NCBI RefSeq assembly: GCF_000284455.1
Contig: NC_017039.1
Location: 2,550,001-2,582,000 of the forward strand
Length of the DNA: 32,000 nucleotides
Direction of reading: 5' to 3'
Source of the DNA: Synechocystis sp. PCC 6803 substr. PCC-P
Lineage (GTDB): Bacteria > Cyanobacteriota > Cyanobacteriia > Cyanobacteriales > Microcystaceae
The position numbers and the translations under genes were made by a program. Below the pieces are notes generated by a model that saw only the letters and a list, made by a program, of their open reading frames with translations, ran no database searches and was not told where the DNA came from. Of the stretch, positions 9,326-20,500 are shown in pieces; positions within the stretch are counted from its first letter, which is position 1, and every line of letters starts with the position of its first letter.

Positions 9326-9820
9326 CTAGACCAGCCAACGGGGGGGAGTGAGCAAAAACAGTTGCCCTTCACCCGGTGGACAGTCCCAGGAAGGCAACGT
9401 TAAACCAATAATGCCAGCTTTCTTAACAATTAATTTGCCTTGGGGGCTACCAAAAGTGAGATATTCAGCCCAGTTGGCCAAATCCGGCTGATGACCCACT
9501 AGGGCAAGGCAACGGTGACTGCGGTGGCGATATTCTTCTTTTAAATCATTGATGCCTTGGGGAATGTCTTCCCCGGGGGCGAGGGAGGAAAAGGTTTCCA
9601 ATTGGGGTGCAAGCCCCTGGTCCATGAGAATCTGTGCTGTTTGTTGAGCTCGTACTAAAGGACTAGTGAGAATGAGGTCAAATTCCACTCCGATCGCCTG
9701 GAGGCGTTGGGCCACTCGCTGGGTTTTGTCCTTACCTTTTTTAGTCAACTGGCGATCGCCGTCGGGGATATCCGGGGACTGTTCCTGGGCAATGCCGTGA
9801 CGAATAAGGTAAAGTTCCAT
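9326..9820 (-). CDS. sixA: phosphohistidine phosphatase SixA
   Basis: 164 aa, histidine phosphatase motif [36 protein letters not shown]. Confidence 0.88.
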
Positions 9821-9882
9821 AGAAATGACCGATAAAATAGGGAAGTTAGAGGCGATGGGCCGGCAAACTCAAGCAGAAAGCC

Positions 9883-10686
9883 ATGGAAAAATACAACATC
9901 CAAGTTTTAGGTAATGTTAATTCCCAAGAAACCTTAGTTTTTGCCCATGGGTTTGGGAGTGAACAAAACGCTTGGCGCTCTATCTATCCGGCCTTTGAAG
10001 AAAATTATCGCATTGTTTTATTTGACTTTCCTGGCAGTAAACCCGCTAATAGCAAAGATTTTGATATTCAAAATTACAATTCCCTCAAGGATTATGCCGA
10101 TGATTTGATGGAGATCGCCCATTTGGCAGGGGTGCGTCAGGGAATTCTAATTGCCCACTCTGCTAGTTGCATGATTGGGGTGCTAGCCAGTTTGCGGGAT
10201 CCGAATTTGTTTAAGGGCATGGTTTTCATTTGTGGTTCCCCCCGCTATCGGGATGATGGGGATTATAAAGGCGGTTTTAGCCAAGAAAAAATCGCCACAA
10301 TTCTCAATGAAATGAGCCATAACTATGCCGAGTGGATTCGCACCTATGCCCCGGCGGCGGTTAATGATCCCAACAAGCCAGAATTGGTGGAAGAATTTTC
10401 CCATTGTCTTTTGCAACTGCGTCCTGACATTGGCTTGGTGGTATTTAGTCTCATCATCATGTCCGATTACCGTCGGGAGGTGGCCCAGGTGGAGATCCCG
10501 ACCTTAATCGTGCAACCCCAGGAGGACATTTTTGTGCCGCCCACAGTGGGGGCTTATCTTTACAGGATTATGAAAAATAGTGAACTTTATTGGATTGATA
10601 CTCCGGGGCATTTTCCCCATCTGGCTAACCCAACGGAAATCACCAAGGCGATCGCCGATTATTTACAGGAAAATGAATTCGTTTAA
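9883..10686 (+). CDS. alpha/beta hydrolase, RsbQ-like
   Basis: 267 aa; VFAHGFGSEQNAWRSI oxyanion region, nucleophile elbow AHSASCMIG, terminal DTPGHFPHLANP. Confidence 0.85.
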   Translation: MEKYNIQVLGNVNSQETLVFAHGFGSEQNAWRSIYPAFEENYRIVLFDFPGSKPANSKDFDIQNYNSLKDYADDLMEIAHLAGVRQGILIAHSASCMIGVLASLRDPNLFKGMVFICGSPRYRDDGDYKGGFSQEKIATILNEMSHNYAEWIRTYAPAAVNDPNKPELVEEFSHCLLQLRPDIGLVVFSLIIMSDYRREVAQVEIPTLIVQPQEDIFVPPTVGAYLYRIMKNSELYWIDTPGHFPHLANPTEITKAIADYLQENEFV

Positions 10687-10779
10687 CTGGTGACCCTAAG
10701 ACAGGTTTATGGCGCGGGGCTTCTCGCGTTTTAAGCTAATATTTGGGGGACAGCTTTTGGGGCACTGGAGGGTTTAACA

Positions 10780-11976
10780 ATGGCTAAAGTAATGATTGTG
10801 GGAGCTGGGGGCGTGGGCAGTGTGGTGGCCCACAAATGCGCGGCTTTAGAGGACTTTACAGACATTCTTCTGGCTAGTCGCACGGTGGCCAAATGTGATC
10901 AAATTGCGGCTCACATTGGTTCCCCCAAGGTTAAAACTGCTGCCCTGGATGCTTTTCAGGTTAGTGACACGGTCAAACTCCTACAGGACTTTGGGGCCGA
11001 CTTGCTCATTAACGTGGCTTTGCCCTACCAGGACTTGGTGTTGATGGATGCTTGCTTAGAAGCGGGGGTGGATTACCTCGACACCGCTAATTACGAGCCT
11101 CCCGACGTGGCCAAGTTTGAATATAGTTGGCAGTGGGCTTACCAAGACAAGTTTAAGGATGCCGGGTTAATGGCTCTGTTGGGTTGTGGCTTTGACCCAG
11201 GGGTAACGGGAGTTTTTACTGCCTATGCCCTCAAGCACCATTTTGATGAGATCCATTACCTAGACATTGTGGATTGTAATGCGGGGAACCATGGTCAGGC
11301 CTTTGCCACCAATTTCAACCCAGAGATTAATATTCGCGAAATTACCCAAAAGGGCCGTTACCACGAAGATGGGGTTTGGCAGGAAATTGATCCCCTTTCC
11401 GTTCACCGGGATATTAACTATCCCCACATTGGCGATCGCCCTTCCTATTTGCTCTACCACGAGGAATTGGAATCCCTGGTGAAAAATATTCCTACCCTGA
11501 AACGGGCCCGCTTTTGGATGACCTTTTCGGAAGCTTACATTAACCATCTGCGGGTGCTGGAGGCGGTGGGTATGACCCGCATTGATGAAGTGGAATACCA
11601 GGGGCAAAAAATTGTCCCCCTACAATTTCTCAAGGCTGTGTTACCGGAACCCGCTTCCTTGGCGGAAAATTATTCGGGGCAAACCTCCATTGGTTGCTAC
11701 ATCAAGGGCGTTAAAGATGGTCAAGCCAAAACCTATTACATCTACAATAACTGCGACCATGCTGTCTGTTTTGCCGAAGTAGGCTCCCAGGCCATTTCCT
11801 ACACCACCGGAGTGCCCGCCGCGTTGGGGGGACTGATGATGGTACAGGGCAAATGGAAGCAAGCAGGGGTATTCAATGTGGAAGAAATGGACCCCGATCC
11901 GTTCCTCGCCAAATTGGGGGAAATGGGTTTGCCCTGGCACGAAGTAGTCAACGGCCCTTTTCCTTTTGACGATTAG
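10780..11976 (+). CDS. carboxynorspermidine dehydrogenase (saccharopine dehydrogenase family)
   Basis: 398 aa; N-terminal Rossmann MVIVGAGGVGSVVAHKCA, DACLEAGVDYLDTANYE, GLMALLGCGFDPGVTGVFTAYA. Confidence 0.85.
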   Translation: MAKVMIVGAGGVGSVVAHKCAALEDFTDILLASRTVAKCDQIAAHIGSPKVKTAALDAFQVSDTVKLLQDFGADLLINVALPYQDLVLMDACLEAGVDYLDTANYEPPDVAKFEYSWQWAYQDKFKDAGLMALLGCGFDPGVTGVFTAYALKHHFDEIHYLDIVDCNAGNHGQAFATNFNPEINIREITQKGRYHEDGVWQEIDPLSVHRDINYPHIGDRPSYLLYHEELESLVKNIPTLKRARFWMTFSEAYINHLRVLEAVGMTRIDEVEYQGQKIVPLQFLKAVLPEPASLAENYSGQTSIGCYIKGVKDGQAKTYYIYNNCDHAVCFAEVGSQAISYTTGVPAALGGLMMVQGKWKQAGVFNVEEMDPDPFLAKLGEMGLPWHEVVNGPFPFDD

Positions 11977-12001
11977 TGATTAGTTTTTAACTCAATTTTT
12001 A

Positions 12002-12217
12002 ATGACTTCTGACCCCATTACCCTCCTCGTCAACGGCGATCGCCAAATCGCTTCTAGTCCAGTTACATTGCCGGATTTTTTGCAAAATCAAGGGTTTAAC
12101 CTCCGCTTAATTGCGGTGGAATACAACGGTGAAATTCTCCATCGACAATTTTGGCCGGAAACCCAATTGCAAAACGGCGATCGCCTGGAGGTAGTTACCA
12201 TTGTGGGAGGCGGCTAG
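12002..12217 (+). CDS. thiS: sulfur carrier protein ThiS
   Basis: 71 aa ubiquitin-like protein ending in VVTIVGGG with the C-terminal Gly-Gly needed for thiocarboxylation. Confidence 0.88.
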   Translation: MTSDPITLLVNGDRQIASSPVTLPDFLQNQGFNLRLIAVEYNGEILHRQFWPETQLQNGDRLEVVTIVGGG

Positions 12218-12291
12218 CTTTTAATGGGGAGTGGTATAGCACCGCCTAGAATGGTTCTTAGCCCCAAATTTTTTTTGTAAGCACTTTTTCT

Positions 12292-13272
12292 GTGGAAATT
12301 ACTTTTCTTGGTACCAGCTCCGGCGTTCCCACCCGTAACCGCAATGTTTCCAGCATTGCCCTCCGTTTACCCCAAAGGGCGGAATTGTGGTTATTTGATT
12401 GCGGAGAAGGCACCCAACACCAGTTTTTGCGCAGTGAAGTCAAAATTTCCCAATTGACCCGCATTTTCATTACCCATCTCCACGGCGACCACATTTTTGG
12501 GCTGATGGGTTTATTGGCTAGCTCCGGTTTAGCTGGCTCCGGTCAAGGTATTGAAATTTATGGCCCAGAGGGCTTGGGGGATTATTTAGAAGCCTGTTGC
12601 CGTTTTTCTAGTACCCACCTGGGCAAACGCCTCAAAGTTCACACTGTCCGAGAAAATGGGCTAATTTACGAAGATAAGGATTTTCAAGTCCACTGCGGTT
12701 TACTAAAACATCGCATTCCGGCCTATGGGTATCGAGTGGAGGAAAAGCAACGGCCAGGGCGTTTCAATGTGGAGCAAGCGGAAGCTTTGGGCATTCCCTT
12801 TGGTCCTATTTACGGCCAGTTAAAACAGGGAAAAACCGTCACCCTGGAAGATGGTCGCCGAATTCGAGGTCAGGACCTCTGTGAACCACCGGAACCGGGC
12901 CGGAAATTTGTTTACTGTACTGATACGGTCTTTTGTGAAGAGGCGATCGCCTTGGCCCAGGAAGCAGATTTGCTGGTACATGAAGCCACTTTTGCCCATC
13001 AGGATGCCCAGCTAGCCTTTGACCGGCTCCATTCCACTTCCACCATGGCAGCCCAGGTAGCTTTGTTGGCCAATGTCAAGCAGTTAATCATGACCCATTT
13101 CAGCCCCCGCTATGCCCCCGGCAATCCCCTGCAACTGGAAAATCTACTGGCGGAAGCCCAAGCTATTTTTCCCAATACCCGTTTGGCTAGGGATTTTTTA
13201 ACGGTGGAAATTCCTCGCCGCACAGCCGATCCTGCCATCGCAATGTCAACCCCTCAGGCATCCCCTGCATAG
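12292..13272 (+). CDS. rnz: ribonuclease Z
   Basis: 326 aa, GTG start; [21 protein letters not shown], metal-binding [20 protein letters not shown]. Confidence 0.93.
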   Translation: MEITFLGTSSGVPTRNRNVSSIALRLPQRAELWLFDCGEGTQHQFLRSEVKISQLTRIFITHLHGDHIFGLMGLLASSGLAGSGQGIEIYGPEGLGDYLEACCRFSSTHLGKRLKVHTVRENGLIYEDKDFQVHCGLLKHRIPAYGYRVEEKQRPGRFNVEQAEALGIPFGPIYGQLKQGKTVTLEDGRRIRGQDLCEPPEPGRKFVYCTDTVFCEEAIALAQEADLLVHEATFAHQDAQLAFDRLHSTSTMAAQVALLANVKQLIMTHFSPRYAPGNPLQLENLLAEAQAIFPNTRLARDFLTVEIPRRTADPAIAMSTPQASPA

Positions 13273-13937
13273 CCGACCTTAGCCCGATACAGTAAAGCTT
13301 CGCTGCGTCGGTAACCCACGTAACGCACCATCACCATGGTCCCAACGTCTGGCCGTGGCCCTGGACCGATAAATTCATGGTATTGGGGATCGTAGGGCAC
13401 CATTTCCCCCACAGTGGCGATCACCTCCACTTGCCATTGTTGAAGTAGGGTCGCGATGGGTTTAGTGAGGGGTAAAAGCTTTTGGGCTGGCCATTGGGGA
13501 TTTTGTTGGGCGGCGGCGGCGGCAGTGGGCCATTGCAGTAACCAAGGCTCAAGAATTTCTAGAGCTTTTTGTTGCCATTGACTTTCCAATTGCTGGGATT
13601 GATAGGTCAATTGCCGTTGCAGTCTGGTATATTCCCCTTGCAATGCCTTAATGGTCTGCTGTAGTTGTTGGTTTTCCTCGATCACCGCTTGATCTTGTTC
13701 TATTTTTCCTAATTCGTTTCCTCCACCCAATTCTTGCCACAACTCTTCTAGGGTTAAACCCAAGGCGATCGCCAATTTGACCATAACGCCCAGGGGAATT
13801 TGTGCTATCAAACCCCGCTCTAAACGGTAGAGATACCAAGTGGAAATGTCTGCCGTTTCTGATAGTTTAGACAGAGAAGCATAACCAGCTTGCTCACAAA
13901 GTCGTTGTAAATTTTCTCGGTAAGGAATATTAGTCAT
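13254..13937 (-). CDS. XRE-like HTH protein with coiled coil and GrpE-like C-terminal segment
   Basis: 227 aa; N-terminal HTH ([30 protein letters not shown]), glutamine-rich helical middle, C-terminal [22 protein letters not shown]...[24 protein letters not shown]. Confidence 0.75.
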   Translation of the reverse strand: MTNIPYRENLQRLCEQAGYASLSKLSETADISTWYLYRLERGLIAQIPLGVMVKLAIALGLTLEELWQELGGGNELGKIEQDQAVIEENQQLQQTIKALQGEYTRLQRQLTYQSQQLESQWQQKALEILEPWLLQWPTAAAAAQQNPQWPAQKLLPLTKPIATLLQQWQVEVIATVGEMVPYDPQYHEFIGPGPRPDVGTMVMVRYVGYRRSEALLYRAKVGYAGDA

Positions 13938-13968
13938 AGGGAATTAACAAAATGATTACGATCAAGTT

Positions 13969-14970
13969 TTAGCTTGACTTAAACTTATTTTTTACTTTTG
14001 TCAGTAAACTTTTAAACTTTAGCCAAGCAATTCTTCTTTGGGTTAAAGGTTCAATGGTTTGACTAAAACTGGGATGATAATCAAAAAATTCGTTAATATC
14101 TAATAAAATCACCCTTAACCGTTCTAAAATATTTTCCCGACGATACTCTGCCAACAAATTGGGGTCTACCCTGCGCCATTGCCTAGAACCTTTTACCACA
14201 CCTAGAATTCTTTGACAGTCGTAGTCCAGAGCGTAACCAGCAATTTTTTCGCAGTTAAATCCAGGGTCTAGATAATCGGAGAGCCCCCCATTGACACTAG
14301 AAAAAACATGACAGCCACAGGCCATGGCTTCCATGGGTTGCAGGCCAAAACCTTCACTTACTCCCTGTTGCGCCCAATATTCTGCTGAATCGTAAAGATA
14401 AACTTTAGCCCGGTTAAATATTCCCGTTAAATCTTCTACGTAACTGTCAATTACTTTTACGTTACATTGACTCTGTAAAGCCGGAATTAATTGTTTTAAT
14501 AAATAGTGGGATGATTTACGAGCTTGCACCAACACATCAATGTCCCGGACTAGGCCTAAATCACTGAAATCTTCGGAAATATGATTGGGTAAATAATACA
14601 GTAAAGAATGGGGCGATCGTTGTCCCCAATAACCCATGGTGTTGCGGCTAATGCAAACGATGGGCAAAGCTGTCGGTAAATCAAAGCCGTAGCCGGTACT
14701 GTGGGCGTGGTAAATTACCCGATAACCCTGCAATTTTTTTGCTAATTTGGGAATATCAAAGCCCCAACTAATCACAAAAATTACTTGACCTAAATCTCCC
14801 TGAGACAAAATATCATCTAAAAAAAGCGTGTTTGGTTCCCGCTGTTTATAGGTAACAATGGTGGCAGGACAAATTTCTTGTACCAGCTTGATGGTTTTTA
14901 ATTCTGCCCATAGGCCGCCACAGACGAATTTACCCCCTAATCCCGGTAATAAAAAGTAAAGTTTACGCAT
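13969..14970 (-). CDS. glycosyltransferase (GT4-like)
   Basis: 333 aa; donor-binding motif EGFGLQPMEAMACGCHVFSSVNGGLSDYL. Confidence 0.72.
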   Translation of the reverse strand: MRKLYFLLPGLGGKFVCGGLWAELKTIKLVQEICPATIVTYKQREPNTLFLDDILSQGDLGQVIFVISWGFDIPKLAKKLQGYRVIYHAHSTGYGFDLPTALPIVCISRNTMGYWGQRSPHSLLYYLPNHISEDFSDLGLVRDIDVLVQARKSSHYLLKQLIPALQSQCNVKVIDSYVEDLTGIFNRAKVYLYDSAEYWAQQGVSEGFGLQPMEAMACGCHVFSSVNGGLSDYLDPGFNCEKIAGYALDYDCQRILGVVKGSRQWRRVDPNLLAEYRRENILERLRVILLDINEFFDYHPSFSQTIEPLTQRRIAWLKFKSLLTKVKNKFKSS

Positions 14971-15063
14971 TGAAGTTTGATTTAAATATACGGAATAAAA
15001 ATAAGTTAATAAATATTAAAACACTAAAATAAATCTTAGCTTTTGATCTGAATGTCACTAAAA

Positions 15064-15927
15064 TTAAGCAAACACCACAGTGCGGTTATCATAAACAAGA
15101 ATTCGATGTTGCAAATGTAAACGCACGGCCCTAGCCAGCACCACCCTTTCTAAATCTCTTCCCTTACGAATTAAATCGTCCACATTATCCCGGTGACTAA
15201 CCCTGACCACATCCTGCTCGATAATTGGACCCTCATCCAATTGGGCGGTGGCATAGTGGGCGGTGGCTCCAATGATTTTTACGCCCCGCTCATGGGCACG
15301 ATGGTAGGGATTAGCGCCGGGAAAAGCCGGTAAAAAAGAGTGGTGAATATTAATAATGTTGGGAAATTGAACCACAAAATCCGTGGTTAAAATTTGTAGA
15401 TATTTTGCTAACACCACTAGATCAATTTGGTACTGTTTCAACAAAGCCAATTCGGCCGTTTCCTGAGCTAATTTATTCTCTTTCGTAATGGGTAAACAAT
15501 GGAAATCAATGCCAAATTGGTCAGCAATGGATTTGAGGTCAGGATGATTACTAATAATGAGGGGAATTTCACAACGCAACTCTCCCGATCGCCAACGCCA
15601 GAGAATATCGAGCAGACAATGGTCTTGCTTGGACACCCAGAGGGCTAACCGGGGCAACTGGTCAGAAAAATGAATTTGCCAAGTAGCTTGGAGTTGCTCA
15701 GCCAATTGGGACCAAGCGGATAACAACTCCGGACGGGATAGGCGAAAATTGTCCAACTGCCACTCCACCCGATTTAAAAAAAGTCCACTGGAGAAGTCCG
15801 TGTGCTGGTCGGCATGGATAATATTGCCCTGGTTTTGATAAATAAACTGGGCAATTTGGGCCACAATGCCCGGTTGGTCAGGACAGGAAACAAGCAGTGT
15901 TGCGGTGAGATTTTGCATCAAAGACAA
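15064..15927 (-). CDS. purU: formyltetrahydrofolate deformylase
   Basis: 287 aa; N-terminal ACT domain (LLVSCPDQPGIVAQIAQFIYQNQGNIIHADQHTD) and formyltransferase domain (INIHHSFLPAFPGANPYHRAHERGVKIIGATAHYAT). Confidence 0.93.
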   Translation of the reverse strand: MSLMQNLTATLLVSCPDQPGIVAQIAQFIYQNQGNIIHADQHTDFSSGLFLNRVEWQLDNFRLSRPELLSAWSQLAEQLQATWQIHFSDQLPRLALWVSKQDHCLLDILWRWRSGELRCEIPLIISNHPDLKSIADQFGIDFHCLPITKENKLAQETAELALLKQYQIDLVVLAKYLQILTTDFVVQFPNIINIHHSFLPAFPGANPYHRAHERGVKIIGATAHYATAQLDEGPIIEQDVVRVSHRDNVDDLIRKGRDLERVVLARAVRLHLQHRILVYDNRTVVFA

Positions 15928-16095
15928 AGGAATACAGCCCTAGGAATATGAGACGATAGTCCACCTTGTCATTTTCCCACTTAGTGCCCCCAGGGAATTT
16001 TTCTGACTATGATGGGGAAAATTGAAAAATTTGCCCTAACTCAAAATACCTCAGTTTTTTTAGTTGTTCTTCCTGATACTCAGCTAAATTACCCC

Positions 16096-16800
16096 ATGGC
16101 TAAAATCCCTACTATTGATCGCCGTCAGTTAATCCAATATGGCGGAGCTTTCCTCGGCACTAGCTTGATGGCCACCATACTGGGCAATCAAATGGCTGGT
16201 AACCCGGCTGCCCAGGCCCAGTCTGCTAACCAAACGCCCCAGCAACTTTTAACGGAATTGATGGAGGGCAATGGACGTTTTGCCGCACAAAAAAGGGTTA
16301 AGGCCAACCAAGACCTCTATCGTCTTGCGGAAGTGGCCCAAGGTCAAAATCCCTTTGCCGCTATCCTTAGTTGTGCCGATTCCCGAGTACCGCCGGAGAT
16401 TATCTTTGATCAGGGTTTAGGGGATTTGTTCATCTGTCGCATTGCCGGCAACGTCGCAACCCCTCAGGAGGTGGGAAGCTTGGAATTTGGCACCCTAGTT
16501 TTGGGAGCAAAGGTGTTGATGGTTTTGGGACACCAAGGTTGTGGGGCTGTGAAAGCCGCCATGGATGGGGGAGATTTACCGGGACAAATTGGCAGTGTGA
16601 TCAAAAAAATTGATATCGGCTCTGTTACCGATGACAGCAGTAATGCCGCCAGTGTGGTCATGGCCACGAAAGCCAACGTTGAACACCAAATGGCAGTACT
16701 CATACAATCCCCGGTGCTAAGTCAATTGATAGCTGAAGAAAGGTTATTGATTATGGGCGCTTACTACAATCTAGAGTCGGGCATTGTAACACTGTTGTAG
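16096..16800 (+). CDS. ecaB: exported beta-type carbonic anhydrase (EcaB-like)
   Basis: The track ORF starts at 16009; ATG at 16096 gives MAKIPTIDRRQLIQYGGAFLGTSLMATILG, a Tat/Sec-like signal. Zinc ligand motifs CADSRVPPE and GHQGCGAVKAAM. Confidence 0.85.
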   Translation: MAKIPTIDRRQLIQYGGAFLGTSLMATILGNQMAGNPAAQAQSANQTPQQLLTELMEGNGRFAAQKRVKANQDLYRLAEVAQGQNPFAAILSCADSRVPPEIIFDQGLGDLFICRIAGNVATPQEVGSLEFGTLVLGAKVLMVLGHQGCGAVKAAMDGGDLPGQIGSVIKKIDIGSVTDDSSNAASVVMATKANVEHQMAVLIQSPVLSQLIAEERLLIMGAYYNLESGIVTLL

Positions 16801-16801
16801 T

Positions 16802-17578
16802 TCAATCAATCAAGACATCTTCCCCGGAATCGCTTTGGCTGGCTTCCCATTCCACATTGGGCATGGACTCGAAAGCTTGACGTACATAGGATTCCCACAG
16901 GCTACGCATTTTAGCCAGGTAGGGATCTCCCAAGCGTAGTTGTAGTGTATGGCGCACGGAAAAATGATTGGCCTCCACCATGGTCAGATTAATGGGGGGC
17001 CCAACGGAAATATTTGACTTCATAGTGGAGTCAATGGAAAGCAAGGCGCATTTGGCCATGGCTTCCAGGGGGGTGTCATAGGTGATGGTGCGGTCCAGCA
17101 ACGGCTTGCCATACTTAGTTTCGCCAATTTGTAGGAAGGGAGTCTCCTTGGTGGCTTGGATGAAATTACCCTGGGGATAAATCAAGTACAATTCCTGGTG
17201 CGGTTCCCCCTTAATTTGCCCTCCCAAGAGGAAATTGCACTGAAAATCAATGCCATCTTTTTCTAGCCATGGTCGGTCTTTTTCCTGCATTTCCCGCACC
17301 TTACCGCCGATGTAAGTGGCCACTTCGTGCATAGTGGCAATGTTGTGGAGATGGTCCCCGTCATCCCGCTGGATATCTCGGTCAATCTGATGGAGCACCG
17401 CCTGGGTAATGGCTAGGTTGCCGGAGGTGCAAAGAATTAAAATTCGATCGCCAGGGAGAGAATAATCAAATAATTTCTTATAGGCGGAAGTATAATCTAC
17501 CCCCGCATTAGTGCGGGAATCTGCCCCCATGACCATGCCAAAACGATTAATTAAACCCAAACAATAGGTCATAGCCAA
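16802..17578 (-). CDS. proteasome-type peptidase, Anbu (ancestral beta-subunit)-like Ntn hydrolase
   Basis: 258 aa; MTYCLGLINRFGMVMGADSRTNAGVDYTSAYKKLF with the Thr immediately after the second Met, as in Anbu/HslV-type peptidases. Mature start probably at the Met at 17572. Confidence 0.83.
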   Translation of the reverse strand: MAMTYCLGLINRFGMVMGADSRTNAGVDYTSAYKKLFDYSLPGDRILILCTSGNLAITQAVLHQIDRDIQRDDGDHLHNIATMHEVATYIGGKVREMQEKDRPWLEKDGIDFQCNFLLGGQIKGEPHQELYLIYPQGNFIQATKETPFLQIGETKYGKPLLDRTITYDTPLEAMAKCALLSIDSTMKSNISVGPPINLTMVEANHFSVRHTLQLRLGDPYLAKMRSLWESYVRQAFESMPNVEWEASQSDSGEDVLID

Positions 17579-17598
17579 AGTGTGATGATTTTAGTAAT

Positions 17599-20500
17599 TC
17601 AAGGGGAGGTGAGACAATTTTGCAACCAAGCGACAATGTCCGCCGCCGTAGTTTGGGATTCCCGCAACTGAAAATAGGGCAACACCACAGTTTTCGGGGC
17701 CGGCGTCACCCCCAAAATGGCGATCGGGCCATGGAAAGTGCCCAACTGCTGCCAAAGTTGTTCCAGGTCTAGGGGGGAGGGACTCAACTGTTCGAACAAC
17801 AGCAGAAGGGGATGACCTTGCTTCCGTTGTAGTTGATGCCAGTAGAACCGCAGTTTAGATAAATTATCAGGGATAGCTCCGTCAAATTCAGGACAATCTT
17901 GGTCAAGCATTTGGTCGTAGATATCCACACTGGGATTATCCAAGTTCAAAAATTGACTAGTATCAATCCAAATTATCCGACAACCATTGAGGGGATCACT
18001 TTCCCCCTGTAAAGTTTGGGCCAGGGAGTATCGGAAAAAGGATCTTTGTTTAGAACTTTTCCCAGGAATACTGGTGCCGGACACCGCCAGGGGAGTTTGA
18101 TGCCATGCTTGATAAAAGTCAGCATAGGTCATTTGTCGGGCACAGTACCAAAAAATTTGCCAATGGTCTGCCAAGTTTTCCCCTTGGGGCCGGGCACATA
18201 GCTCCCGCAACTGATAAACCACCGTGGGTAATAACTTACGGGGCACAATTTTGATCAAAGCCTGGGTTCCATCCTGACGGACCCGATCTTCAGGATTTTC
18301 CAGCAGTAATCCCACCAGGGCTTGGGTCACTTCCCGATTGTTAGAGCCGATTTGGGCCAAGGTTTTCACCACACCCCGGAGTATTTCTGCCTCAGTATCG
18401 GTGCCAACCACACGGATTAGGGCCGCCAACACAGCAGGATTATTTTTTCCCACCAGGGCTAAATCTTGGGCGGCCGCTAGGCGGATACTTTCGTTGTCGC
18501 CATTTTGCAGGAGATTGATCAGGGCCATGAGGGCAGAAAGGTTACCTGGATCAATGGTGGCTAGACTGGCGGCGGCCTGTCGTTGGCCATAGGGATCCTC
18601 CTTGTTACGCAATAGACGTAGGAGAGTATTAATGGCGATGGGATTACCTGGATCAATGCGGCCTAAAATTTCGGCCCAAGTTTGGAGATGCTCGCTGGTT
18701 TCGGTGTTTTCCAACAAATATACCAGGGAAGACAAAATGCCGACGTTCTGGGGATCGACTTTTAGCAGAGCTTGGATAGTTTCATTGAGCAACCAGTCCC
18801 CTTCTTCCGTGCGGGGTTGGGCCACGGCTTTTTCCACTAGGGTAGTTAGGGTGGCGATCGCCGAGGGGTCTCCCTGGCCAATTTTGGCCAGACTACTGAC
18901 AATTAACCAACGGACAAAAACATCCTCCTCCGCCATCAATAGGTCAGCTAAGCCAGCTACGACGGTGGGCGACGGCACTTCCACTTCCCCCAGACTATAG
19001 ATGGCTTGTTTTCGCAACGGTAGGGGTTGATCTGCTTGGATATGCCTTTGGAGAACGACCAGAGCAGTGGGGTTGCCGGGGTCAATTTTTTCTAGACTTT
19101 CGGCTGTCTGGCAGAGAAAAGCCCCAGGGGGATAAAGCCTTAGTTTTTGCAGCAGGCCGGCAATGACCAGGCTGTGGTTTTTGCCCACCACTTCCAAACA
19201 TTGCAACACCTGACGATGGTGCAGAACCGATAATTTGGGAGAAAGAAAATCCAGCAGAGCTTTAATCACCGGCAAGTTGCCCACGGCACAATGGGCTAAG
19301 GTCTGGAGGGCTAGGCTGTAATCTTTTTGGCCAGGGCGCAATGCCGCCAAGAAAGTAGCTACCCCGGGGGAACTATTGGGATCAATTAAAATCAGTGCGG
19401 AGGCAATGGCAAAGCGCAAACTAGATTGTTCATGGAGGGCTAACTGTTGCTCTAAAACTTCGATCGCCTGGGGAAATCCCTGCCCCCACTGTCCCAGCCA
19501 TTGGCAGCATTGACCATATATCCGGTCATCTTCGGTGGTTTGTAGAATTTTGAGCAGGGCTTGGAGCACTGGCGCGCGGTGGGTTTCAGTCAAAAGCGCC
19601 GTCACCCATTTTTGTTGACCCCCATTACCTGCCATGGGCGGCAATCCCTGGGCTAATAATCTGGCCACAATTTCATCGGCCTGGGCAAGGTCGGGACATT
19701 CCCTTAGGGCCAGGGCCGCACACTCCAAAGCCCTGAGTCCGTAAAAATTTTCCGGGCTACAACGGTCGTCAAACTCCAACATTGCCTGGAGAAAGGCTTG
19801 TTTATTGACTAAGCTGATATCTTCCCTTCCCCACCAAAAGGCCAATACCCTCTGCCACTCTGGATCGAAAATACGATACTGATGCCGATAAATATCTAGG
19901 AAAAAGTGCCAATCGGCGATCGCCAGGGCGGCAAAATAATCCCGAAAAGTGTCGTCGGCAAAGCCATAGCCCCTTTCCCAAACGCCTTTGCGCACAGCAG
20001 TCTTGGGAATTAACCAGCCCAATTGCAAAGCCGAACGCAACAGGGGGGAATCTTTGCCAAAAATTTTTTCCACTTCCACCGGGGCCAGGGGCCGATGGTC
20101 AGCTCGGTTTTCCCCCAGCATTTGTTTAGCTAATTGACCCAAAAGCTGGGCCAACTCATCCTGCTGTCCTGGTTTGGTAGGGGCCCATTCACTCTGCCAC
20201 AGATAAAAAGCCTTAACTAATTTGTTATACAGAGCTCCACTGCTGACGGGAAAGTCCCTCGGTTGATCTGCCCAAAAGCGACAGCACAGCATTAAGCGCC
20301 GGGGACGGAGGAGATAGGGACGTAAATACCTCACCGAGGGATTGGCCAGGGCCTCTTTCAAAGCATTGGCTAGGGCATTGGGCTTACCGGGGTTTTCCGG
20401 TTGACCCGGGCGATCGGCGCTGAAATAATCTTCAATGGCGATTTCCACGTTATCAGGATAGACCAGTGGCTCGATTTGATAACGGGTAAAACCGGCCAGT

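Noticed and set aside
16464-16703. 79-aa ORF antisense to the carbonic anhydrase gene
   Set aside because: Mirror-frame artefact over conserved zinc-site coding sequence.
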